From positions 1 to 43,019 of IMG/VR virus record IMGVR_UViG_3300049893_001226: 43,019 bases of DNA; one strand, written 5' to 3'. The notes under the pieces were generated by a model. The model was not told where the DNA came from. It saw only the letters and a list, made by a program, of their open reading frames with translations, and searched no databases. Below are positions 8,366 to 15,749 of the stretch, piece after piece (position 1 is the stretch's first letter; each line of letters begins with the position of its first letter). The DNA comes from a virus. Its lineage: Duplodnaviria; Caudoviricetes. Position numbers and translations under genes: made by a program.

Positions 8366-10134
8366 TTCATCCTCGCAAGGTCGTAGTCGTGGAGTTGTTT
8401 GGCTGTGGCTCTGGTGTCATATCCCCTGTAAGCCTCATTGAAGCTTAAACTGGCCTCGCCTTTTTTTCCATAATATCTAAACTTCACTTTGTCAATAAAT
8501 ATTTTCACCGTGCCGTCTTCCTCTCTAAAAACAATCACTCCATTATCTGCTTTATTGTACCAGTGTGCTGAACCCGCAATATCGTAAAGGGTTGGCCGTT
8601 TATAGTTTCCCTTTTCGTCCTTGTATTGCTTTTGGGGGTGGGCAACTACCCATGTGGCTATCTTGTTATTTCGGCTAAAGGTTCTGATTTTTTTTAGGCT
8701 GTATCCAATGTGATCTGTTTCACTCATTCCCTTGGGTCTGTCGTATTCTAATTCGTTCCATGGATCAATCAAAAGCCCATTTACTTTCTTTTCTTTTGCC
8801 AAGGCTAAGATTTGGTCTAGGGTAATGTCATCCTTAGAGCAATCGACCAATTCAAAATGAGATTCTAAAAAACTACACGCCAAGTCTATATCTTTTTCGC
8901 TTGCTTTGTACAAATCCCGCTTTAAAAACTTTTCGGCAAGGACTCTCCAATGTACTTCTGGCGGGTAACTCTCTGGGGAGAAAATTAAAAACTTCCAATT
9001 ATGAAAGCTGGCAAGGTTGACAAAAAGGTGATCCACCCAAGTACTTTTACCGTGTGTTGGGATTCCTGTCACTATGGTCAATTGGTGGTCAGATACTCGG
9101 TAAAGACTACTCAACTCATCCCATCCAGTTTCTAAGCCTTTTTGGAAAATTCCCTTTGAAACTTCCAAAAGTTTTTTTTTCATCTCTGTCATTGGCACAG
9201 ATTTAATTGGTTCTTGTGGAACTGAATAGGTTACTAATTCGCCTTTTTTCCCGTAACCTTGTTTTTCAAGTTCATCACGCATTCTTTTAAAATCTTTGTT
9301 GTATTCCAAGTAACAAAGAACCGCCATTGGGCTATAACTTTTATTCGCCTCGAATATTGTACTTGTGGAAAATACATGTATGTTTTCACCTGTGGCCCCA
9401 TAGGTTGCGGATACATTCTTGTTTTTGTCTGGCCTTCTCAAATACTGTATTCCACCCCTTGGCCTCCCCAAAGTCCAACCATGTTTAAGCAATAGATTTA
9501 TTGAATCTTGGCCATTATGTTTCGCGTCGTAGTCATCGAGTACGCTAGTCCCACCCTTCAAATAAACCTTATGCTTTTCTTTTGGTACATCTTTGCTAAA
9601 TGCTCTGGCAGTATCCATCAAAAGAAAATATTGCTCGTCGGTAATCGTGGGCAAGTCTGTCAAGTCTCCCATTAGCCTTCTATAGCCTTTGGTTGGTGCG
9701 CAAACAAAATACCCACCCTGCTCCCTTGTCTCTATACATTCGCCAAGGCTAGGGTCATCTTTGCACAAACCAACATTCCCGTGATATTCCCCTTTTTCAT
9801 TTTTTGCAGTGGTTCTACCAACGATATGAATACCATTATTTACGGTTTTCTCGTAGTAAAGGCTTTCCATTAGTTCCTTGTCAACTGATCGCAAATAGTC
9901 TGTATATTCGTTTGTTAAACCGCTCTTATCGTTTTTTGTATCGATGTCAATACAGAAAATTCCATTTCCACAAACTACGCCAATTCCATGGTCAAAACTA
10001 AATGAGTCAAACTCCTCTTGTGTTGGTTGCTCAGTTTTCCACTTTAGCCAAGATTTTATTTTATGGGGTGCTTTGTCTTTTGTTGGGATTACAATTAGTC
10101 CAGCATCGTACAATCGTTTTGCTTCGTTTTTCAT
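8362..10134 (-). CDS. Bifunctional primase-polymerase domain fused to SF4 (DnaB/Twinkle-like) helicase
   Basis: GIGVVCG..CIDID..T.NNGIH..IETR..GGYFVCAPT; TGIPTHGKST, LLIDPWN, VVAHP, GSAHWYNKADNG, KVKFR. Confidence 0.88.
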   Translation of the reverse strand: MKNEAKRLYDAGLIVIPTKDKAPHKIKSWLKWKTEQPTQEEFDSFSFDHGIGVVCGNGIFCIDIDTKNDKSGLTNEYTDYLRSVDKELMESLYYEKTVNNGIHIVGRTTAKNEKGEYHGNVGLCKDDPSLGECIETREQGGYFVCAPTKGYRRLMGDLTDLPTITDEQYFLLMDTARAFSKDVPKEKHKVYLKGGTSVLDDYDAKHNGQDSINLLLKHGWTLGRPRGGIQYLRRPDKNKNVSATYGATGENIHVFSTSTIFEANKSYSPMAVLCYLEYNKDFKRMRDELEKQGYGKKGELVTYSVPQEPIKSVPMTEMKKKLLEVSKGIFQKGLETGWDELSSLYRVSDHQLTIVTGIPTHGKSTWVDHLFVNLASFHNWKFLIFSPESYPPEVHWRVLAEKFLKRDLYKASEKDIDLACSFLESHFELVDCSKDDITLDQILALAKEKKVNGLLIDPWNELEYDRPKGMSETDHIGYSLKKIRTFSRNNKIATWVVAHPQKQYKDEKGNYKRPTLYDIAGSAHWYNKADNGVIVFREEDGTVKIFIDKVKFRYYGKKGEASLSFNEAYRGYDTRATAKQLHDYDLARMK

Positions 10135-10934
10135 ACTTGGTTACCGTCCTTATCCAACATTGGGGAAATTCCTTTTTCTTTCAGGTGTTCAATGTATTTT
10201 TCATAACCAAGTTTTAAAAGCAATTCGTCATGTTCTTGCAAAATTAAAAATTCCTTTTGCTTCTTTGGTTCCTCAACTTTCTTTCCCCAGTCCTTCCAAA
10301 AATCCTTTTTTAAAAACCTCTCTGGGTCTTTGGCAAATTTGTGGTCAATTTGGTCTGAATAGTTTTTTACATTTTGGAGTAGGGTTTCGATTTGGTCCTC
10401 TGGTATCTTTTGGAAAAGTTCCCATGTTGCCACCTTACCAACTAGGTTAGGATTTCTCCTAGGGTATGAAGACCAAAATAAATTAAAATTGTGGGTATAT
10501 TGTCTTGTCTTGTCTTGTCCTGTAGTCAGGATAGAATCCTGCTTCTTCGGGATATAGTCGGGACAACATCCTGAATCTTCGTTTTCTTCCAAATTTGGGC
10601 AGTTTGAATCAATAATCCACCCAATTTCAGGGCTAGACATTCTTTTTATTGCTTTTTCGTACAAGTTGGCGGGAAAGCCTCCTATTAGTTCCATATCTTG
10701 GAAGGACAAGTCCCCGTCGCTGTCGGAAAGTATCCCGCGAACTGGCATTTTACTTGCCACCTCAACAATTGAAAGCCACATCCCAAAAATTTCAGGGCCG
10801 TCTTTCATTTTAGTTATTCTACGATATTTTTTATCGGCCGTGTCTGTGGGTATCGCTACCCACTTCATATCTTTACACTTTCGGGTATCGGCTTTTTCGT
10901 AGTGTTGATCCCAGTCTTTAATTGAGTATGTCAT
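10131..10934 (-). CDS. Putative replication initiator / replisome organiser
   Basis: N-terminal WVAIPT..FGMWL..GIL winged-helix-like region, disordered linker, C-terminal FNLFWSSYPR..PERFL; directly upstream of the helicase. Confidence 0.65.
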   Translation of the reverse strand: MTYSIKDWDQHYEKADTRKCKDMKWVAIPTDTADKKYRRITKMKDGPEIFGMWLSIVEVASKMPVRGILSDSDGDLSFQDMELIGGFPANLYEKAIKRMSSPEIGWIIDSNCPNLEENEDSGCCPDYIPKKQDSILTTGQDKTRQYTHNFNLFWSSYPRRNPNLVGKVATWELFQKIPEDQIETLLQNVKNYSDQIDHKFAKDPERFLKKDFWKDWGKKVEEPKKQKEFLILQEHDELLLKLGYEKYIEHLKEKGISPMLDKDGNQV

Positions 10935-11382
10935 TTTTAACACCTCCATGCTCTTCCATATATATTATGTCTGCTTTGCCCCTATATTCCTCCATAACCC
11001 CATAAAAGTCCCATTCGTTTGCACCGTGCATAACAGCATCAAAAACATAAGCCAAAATAAACGCCAATTCGTTTGGGTTCGCATGTTGTTGCCAATACTC
11101 ATAAAAATAATGGACACCAAAATTATTTGGTAATAAATGAAGAAACTCACTAAACTTAGTGTCTATCTCGTGCCTTTTTTTGTGGCAATCTTCGCAAAGA
11201 GTTATTAAGCAATCATCTGGGTACTCCCAAGGCTTTTTACCATCCGTGTAATACTTGTGATGTACATTTTGCATTTTATCTGTGTTGTTACAATCACAGC
11301 ACTTAAACCCATCGCGAGACATTATCTCAAGGCGTTTTTTCTGCCAAAGTGGGTGTTTTAATAAATCGGAGTAATTACTCAT
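10918..11382 (-). CDS. HNH endonuclease-domain protein
   Basis: WQKKRLEIMSRDGFKCCDC..NVHHKYY..LITLCEDCHKKRH. Confidence 0.85.
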   Translation of the reverse strand: MSNYSDLLKHPLWQKKRLEIMSRDGFKCCDCNNTDKMQNVHHKYYTDGKKPWEYPDDCLITLCEDCHKKRHEIDTKFSEFLHLLPNNFGVHYFYEYWQQHANPNELAFILAYVFDAVMHGANEWDFYGVMEEYRGKADIIYMEEHGGVKNDILN

Positions 11383-11385
11383 TTT

Positions 11386-11502
11386 TCTGTCGCTTTCTCT
11401 CTGTCTTAGGTTAATTACTGGGCTTGCCTACCAATTAAGGTGCGACAGAGACGGCTTGACGGTCGAAAGCGGTTTGCAAACGGTTTGACCTGCCCAGTAA
11501 CC
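11386..11502 (-). ncRNA. Structured 5' leader / candidate C4-like antisense RNA
   Basis: Closing stem GGTTACTGGGC/GCCCAGTAATT; internal TCTCTGTCGC complementary to GACAGAGA and GCGACAGA just upstream of ATG 11382. Confidence 0.55.
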
Positions 11503-11505
11503 TTA

Positions 11506-11534
11506 AATCTATACTTTTTTTCTCGGAGCGTCAA
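11506..11534 (-). promoter_or_regulatory. Sigma70-type promoter of the replication operon
   Basis: TTGACG-17-TAGATT. Confidence 0.7.
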
Positions 11535-11646
11535 GATGTATTTTCATCACTTCCAAGTTATCTTTTTTGTCATAAATTATTACTGATAGGGTATGATCGG
11601 ATCATTTAGGGATACAATCGTATCATATTGGGTATATTAGCGTTTT

Positions 11647-11693
11647 GTTGTGGAGTTATACGCCAACATTCGTATATATCGTAGTTATAGGCA
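11647..11693 (+). mobile_element. attI-like recombination site at the head of the cassette array
   Basis: Core GTTATAGGCA (11684-11693) is the exact reverse complement of TGCCTATAAC (12302-12311); no long hairpin; extra GTT boxes upstream (GTTGTGG 11647, GTTATAC 11655). Confidence 0.6.
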
Positions 11694-11696
11694 ACC

Positions 11697-12362
11697 CTAA
11701 AAGAGCCTCTGCTGTGAAATTGCCTCATTAAACCTTTTATCCATTGTTTGACAATAATTTTCATCAATTTCAAATCCGACAAACTCAAAGCCGTTTCTGT
11801 AACAAGCTATACGACTTGAACCACTACCCAAATGAGTATCTAATATTTTTGCACCAGCTTCAAGTTCAGCAAACTTTAAGCAAAATTCATATAGTGATAC
11901 AGGCTTTTGGGTTGGGTGTATTTTATTTGTTTCAGCAGTTACAACGTGTTTGCTATAAATCTTTGCAGGTTTTTGAATACTCGACCAAGCAAATTCACAC
12001 ATTGCACTACTAAAATCGTAAGGCTGTTTTTTATCCCATATTAAAAAGCCTTGTGATTTCGGCAAATCAAAGTAGTTCCCACCCCAAATGATTTGATTTT
12101 TGCTTACCCTAAAAAGTTCTGTAAAATATTGCATTTCAGGTATGCTCATATCCCAATTTTTCTTTTCTTGCTTTTGCCTAAAAGGGTTGCTTGATAAGCC
12201 TATTCCGTATGGAGGGTCTACCAAAGCCAAATCAAAGTATTTATCAGGGTAGTGTTTCATACCCTCTACACAATCCATATTATAAACAACCGAAGAAGGG
12301 CTGCCTATAACATTGCATTGGCAAAATGGGGGCTGATGTAATTCTATTAAGCTATTGTTCAT
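11697..12362 (-). CDS. DNA methyltransferase (N4-C/N6-A, beta class), cassette 1 gene
   Basis: MDCVEGM, LALVDPPYG, IIWGGNYF, HPTQKP, ILDTHLGSGSS, GFEID. Confidence 0.92.
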   Translation of the reverse strand: MNNSLIELHQPPFCQCNVIGSPSSVVYNMDCVEGMKHYPDKYFDLALVDPPYGIGLSSNPFRQKQEKKNWDMSIPEMQYFTELFRVSKNQIIWGGNYFDLPKSQGFLIWDKKQPYDFSSAMCEFAWSSIQKPAKIYSKHVVTAETNKIHPTQKPVSLYEFCLKFAELEAGAKILDTHLGSGSSRIACYRNGFEFVGFEIDENYCQTMDKRFNEAISQQRLF

Positions 12363-12435
12363 AATTCAACTTTTGTTTTTTAATTTGGCTGTGGTGCTAA
12401 AATGCCCCCACTTCGCCAATGCTTCAACGTTGTGC
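12305..12435 (+). mobile_element. attC-like site 1 (131 bp)
   Basis: CTATAAC-attGCATTGGCaaaaTGGGGGC...GCCCCCActtcGCCAATGCttcaac-GTTGTGC. Confidence 0.8.
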
Positions 12436-12441
12436 GTAATG

Positions 12442-12918
12442 CTAAGAAACAGCATCGTGCATAGGAATTGCCAATCCATCTCTAATCATATCCAACGCAT
12501 CAAAATGATGTTCTAACAATCTTTTTGTAACAACAAATGGTGCTCTATTATGCCAATATGCCGTTCCATAACTTTTATATTCTTTCCAATATGCTTTAAA
12601 ATTAGTGTATCCAAAAAAGCTGTTATGAAAAAAATCTTCTTCGCCGTTAAAATCAATTTTTAATGTCATAGCATCATCAATTGGTCTTAATATTGGCTTA
12701 CAAAATTCAAAGAAAAAATCTGCGTTTTCAGGCGTTAGAGTTTTTTCTCTAATTTCATTTGGATTTGGTGCGTTTTCAACAACATCACCCAATCGATATT
12801 GCCCTTTAATATTGTAAGGCAAATAAAATGATAATCTTTCTTCTTTTGTCATTGTTTTGATTATTAAAGCACTAGGCACAACAGCGGGTTTACAAAATTC
12901 TGTATTTTCTTGACTCAT
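12442..12918 (-). CDS. Hypothetical phage protein, cassette 2 gene
   Basis: 158 aa, YLPY..KPILRP..LLEHHFD..LAI pattern recalled from Bacteroidota phage proteins; AAGGAG RBS lies within the attC loop. Confidence 0.75.
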   Translation of the reverse strand: MSQENTEFCKPAVVPSALIIKTMTKEERLSFYLPYNIKGQYRLGDVVENAPNPNEIREKTLTPENADFFFEFCKPILRPIDDAMTLKIDFNGEEDFFHNSFFGYTNFKAYWKEYKSYGTAYWHNRAPFVVTKRLLEHHFDALDMIRDGLAIPMHDAVS

Positions 12919-12956
12919 AAATCTCCTTTAACTTCGTAAACCTGCAACCGTTAATA
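12876..12956 (+). mobile_element. attC-like site 2 (81 bp)
   Basis: GCACAAC-aGCGGGTTTACaaaaTT...AActtcGTAAACCTGCaacc-GTTAATA. Confidence 0.78.
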
Positions 12957-13024
12957 AAACCATTCCCAGAGTCACGGGCAAGCCTTACGGACAGTACCCG
13001 CTCACTCATCGAGACAATGATAAT

Positions 13025-13053
13025 AAACTACTTTAAAAAGTTTTAAAAGTCAA
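13025..13053 (-). promoter_or_regulatory. Leftward promoter reading into the cassette array
   Basis: TTGACT-17-TAGTTT on the minus strand. Confidence 0.6.
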
Positions 13054-13087
13054 GTCTAAAAATAAAATAATTATTTTAAAAAAAGTC

Positions 13088-13132
13088 TTGACAAGTAAAA
13101 TTAAATAGAGTAAATTAGACTTATCACTTAAC
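13088..13132 (+). promoter_or_regulatory. Rightward early promoter with TTATCACTTAAC leader
   Basis: TTGACA-17-TAAATT, AT-rich UP-like element upstream. Confidence 0.75.
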
Positions 13133-13144
13133 GAAAGAGACAAA

Positions 13145-13378
13145 ATGAAACAAACTTACTTTCAAAAATTAATCTGGGATACTTGTAAAATCGAATCTAT
13201 CGAATGCCCAGAGTCGATTATCGTAGCCCTAGACAGTAACGAGGGTTTAAAATTTGTGCTAGTTGACATCTGGCAGGAAGAATTTAAGAACGCCCAGCCT
13301 CTTTGTTTTTTCAAAGACGGCAAAGAAATTCAAGTGGGCCAGAGCTTCGAGCAACTTTTAGAAGAAATCGAGGCTTAA
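13145..13378 (+). CDS. Hypothetical early protein
   Basis: 77 aa, first ORF after the promoter. Confidence 0.7.
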   Translation: MKQTYFQKLIWDTCKIESIECPESIIVALDSNEGLKFVLVDIWQEEFKNAQPLCFFKDGKEIQVGQSFEQLLEEIEA

Positions 13379-13379
13379 G

Positions 13380-13664
13380 ATGAGCGGATGTTTTGGAAAC
13401 GACCCATACGACCAGTATTTAGAATCCTTGGTAAACGCCCATTGTGATGATTCTGGGGTTATGACAGATAAATACTACAGCGACCTGGTAGACTTTCTTA
13501 GCTGTAAAAAACCATCAAAAGAAATCGAATCAGATGTCTACAATAAATTGAAAGATGGCGAAGCTATTGTATATGAGGGTAAAGCTGGAATTTGCATGGA
13601 TGGTAAAATTAAGTTTTTTAAAACAATAGATTTAGACGAAATAATGGAAAGGCTTTCAAAATGA
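13380..13664 (+). CDS. Hypothetical protein
   Basis: 94 aa, tightly packed in the operon. Confidence 0.7.
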   Translation: MSGCFGNDPYDQYLESLVNAHCDDSGVMTDKYYSDLVDFLSCKKPSKEIESDVYNKLKDGEAIVYEGKAGICMDGKIKFFKTIDLDEIMERLSK

Positions 13665-14323
13665 AATTAGGACAGAAACTTTTAGAGATCCAAAAGGTGT
13701 GTAACTACTTCCAAAAGGACACTAAGGGGTATAACTTCACATACACCGCTGGAAGTACGATTCTGGCCACCGTACGGACAAAAATGGACGAGCTGGGGGT
13801 ATTGTGCTACCCCAAAATTTTGGACGCTAAAACGACCTTATTAGAGAAAATCTCAAAGGACGGCAAAAAGTCCAATGAGATACTAACAGAACTAAATATG
13901 GTTTTTGTTTGGAGGTGTGCGGAAACCGACGCTCAACTAGAAGTCCCTTGGTATGGTCAAGGGCTTAAAGATACCGAGCAGGGTATAGGCAACGCTTTAA
14001 CCTATGCCGAAAGATATTTTCTTTTGAAGTTCTTTAAAATCCCCACCGATTCAGATGATCCAGACGCTTTCTTGAAAAACCATAAGGTTGAGACCATGGA
14101 AGAAAAAACAGAGCGTGAGGCAAAAGAGTTGGCATTACAGGAAAAAGAAAAACTAAACTCTATGTACAACATAACAATGGAACGGATAAACAAAAACAAA
14201 ACCGCCTGGATCTCCCTACTTATTGACGAGGGTTTAATCACAAAAGGTCTAGAAGATCTAAAAAACAAAGAAAACCTAATCAATACATACAATAAACTTT
14301 CTAGCCTCGGTAAGAGGATATGA
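13661..14323 (+). CDS. ERF-family single-strand annealing protein
   Basis: KDTKGYNFTY, GIGNALTYAERYFLLKFFKIPTDSDDPDA. Confidence 0.88.
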   Translation: MKLGQKLLEIQKVCNYFQKDTKGYNFTYTAGSTILATVRTKMDELGVLCYPKILDAKTTLLEKISKDGKKSNEILTELNMVFVWRCAETDAQLEVPWYGQGLKDTEQGIGNALTYAERYFLLKFFKIPTDSDDPDAFLKNHKVETMEEKTEREAKELALQEKEKLNSMYNITMERINKNKTAWISLLIDEGLITKGLEDLKNKENLINTYNKLSSLGKRI

Positions 14324-14484
14324 AAGAAATATACTGCGATATATGCGGACGGCAAGTAATTACACTTGAGAAAAATTCAGTAATCCATACTGGGTTTAAA
14401 CTTAAGTGTAAAAAGTGCTTGAGCGAAAAGGAAAAGGCAGAGCTTCCAGAGGGGTTTAATTCTTTGTTTAAGAGGTTTACATGA
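14320..14484 (+). CDS. Small Zn-finger protein (54 aa, not in ORF track)
   Basis: MKEIYCDICG...LKCKKCLSE...; ATGA overlaps on both sides. Confidence 0.6.
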   Translation: MKEIYCDICGRQVITLEKNSVIHTGFKLKCKKCLSEKEKAELPEGFNSLFKRFT

Positions 14485-14648
14485 AGGTTTTAAAATACAT
14501 AATTGAAAACCCAATATCCTTTATATACAACTTTTCGACTTCAATAATATGCCTTCAACTTCTTTTTAGGGTCAAAATAACAAACGAATCAATAATGGCA
14601 ATGGTTATGCTTTCGTCAATGTATTTAGGGAGTAAAATAAATAAATGA
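14481..14648 (+). CDS. Small hydrophobic protein (55 aa, not in ORF track)
   Basis: MKVLKYIIENPISFIYNFSTSIICLQLLF...; ATGA-coupled. Confidence 0.5.
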   Translation: MKVLKYIIENPISFIYNFSTSIICLQLLFRVKITNESIMAMVMLSSMYLGSKINK

Positions 14649-15175
14649 AAAAACTAGAATACCCAGACTTCTCAAAAGTCCCCACCGTACAAGATCAAAT
14701 CGAGGGAATCAAAGCTATGAATGAGCGAATAAAAAGCCCCATGAAAACCTTCCAAGGTACATTCTCAAAGAACGGTAAGCCACAATGGGTAGACCCCGCG
14801 GGTGTAATCGAGGCGATGCGCTTTGATGGGGAGGGGGCTATACATATCGAGCAGTACGGGGTTAACAAAACGGTATATATGCAGGGATATTTTGAGGGTG
14901 TATTAGTTCCCAGTGTTCTTGAGTGCCTCCGCAATGCTGGTGAGTCCGCAATATGTACTAAAAACGATGCCAGGGCATGGATTAAACAAACATTCTTTTT
15001 AAGAAATACTTTCATGGTAAATGGTAGATTATTTTATGACACTTATTCGTTAAGCAATGTCGACTGGACTAAAAAGGAATTTTCAGACAAGATGGAATAT
15101 ATATGGCAATTCTTTATCGAAAACTATGATTGGACAATTCCACCGCCTGACCCAAAAAAAAGGAGTAAAAAATGA
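14645..15175 (+). CDS. Hypothetical protein, possibly NinB/Orf-like recombination accessory
   Basis: YFEGVLV..WIKQTF..SLS...KKEFS..ME.I..F......IPPP pattern; near ERF. Confidence 0.45.
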   Translation: MKKLEYPDFSKVPTVQDQIEGIKAMNERIKSPMKTFQGTFSKNGKPQWVDPAGVIEAMRFDGEGAIHIEQYGVNKTVYMQGYFEGVLVPSVLECLRNAGESAICTKNDARAWIKQTFFLRNTFMVNGRLFYDTYSLSNVDWTKKEFSDKMEYIWQFFIENYDWTIPPPDPKKRSKK

Positions 15176-15339
15176 TGGAAGAAAATTTTGATGGCATATT
15201 AAAAAGGTTGCAGTATTGGAGAACCCGCTCAGAATTGGCCGAGGCTTTTATCAGAGAAACCCCTTGCGATCCCGACACCACGCCAGAACAGGCGAACGCT
15301 TGGACGGCTTGGATGGACTTTATCAAGGACAACGAATGA
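15172..15339 (+). CDS. Small hypothetical protein (55 aa, not in ORF track)
   Basis: MMEENFDGILKRLQYWRTRSELAEAFIRETPCDPDTTPEQ...; AGGAG RBS; ATGA overlaps. Confidence 0.65.
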   Translation: MMEENFDGILKRLQYWRTRSELAEAFIRETPCDPDTTPEQANAWTAWMDFIKDNE

Positions 15340-15446
15340 GAAACTTTTTGCTTATTATGTTGGTTTCTGGGGCTTTAATGGCAAGTTATTGCTATCACTT
15401 ATGGACGGGACTAAAACAATTTAACGACTGCGAGGAAGAACTATGA
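15336..15446 (+). CDS. Small membrane peptide (36 aa)
   Basis: MRNFLLIMLVSGALMASYCYHLW..., ATGA-coupled on both sides. Confidence 0.5.
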   Translation: MRNFLLIMLVSGALMASYCYHLWTGLKQFNDCEEEL

Positions 15447-15745
15447 GAAAAACAATCACGCTAAAATTAACGCCTGAGCTTAGGGCAAGGCTGGAAAAGT
15501 ACTGCGAAAAGAATGATCGTTCGGCTAGTTGGGTGATTAAAAACCTAATCGATAGTGACGAGTATTTTTTACAAGATAAAATGGAGCCTAAAAAGTTTAA
15601 GGGAGTATCTGAAAAACTGACAATAAGCATACCAGCAGATAAAAACGAGGAACTTTTAGAAATACTTTCTTTTTGGGGGTTCAAGCTACAGGATTATTTA
15701 AGAACCCAAATCTACCACCTCACCAAAGGGAGAAAGTACAAATGA
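15443..15745 (+). CDS. Tandem ribbon-helix-helix DNA-binding protein
   Basis: TITLKLTPELRARLEKYC..RSASWVIKNLI and LTISIP..NEEL..QDYLRTQI. Confidence 0.7.
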   Translation: MRKTITLKLTPELRARLEKYCEKNDRSASWVIKNLIDSDEYFLQDKMEPKKFKGVSEKLTISIPADKNEELLEILSFWGFKLQDYLRTQIYHLTKGRKYK

Positions 15746-15749
15746 AAAC

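Noticed and set aside
11606-11788. 60 aa minus-strand ORF across the attI-like site
   Set aside because: It overlaps the methyltransferase out of frame and has no RBS or recognisable motif.
12305-12956. Hairpins as simple rho-independent terminators or REP elements
   Set aside because: Loops are long, there are no U-tracts at the stem bases, and the cross-matching of GTT/AAC cores between adjacent sites is not explained by terminators.
15216-15446. 76 aa ORF as listed in the track
   Set aside because: Better explained by two ATGA-coupled ORFs, 15172-15339 and 15336-15446.
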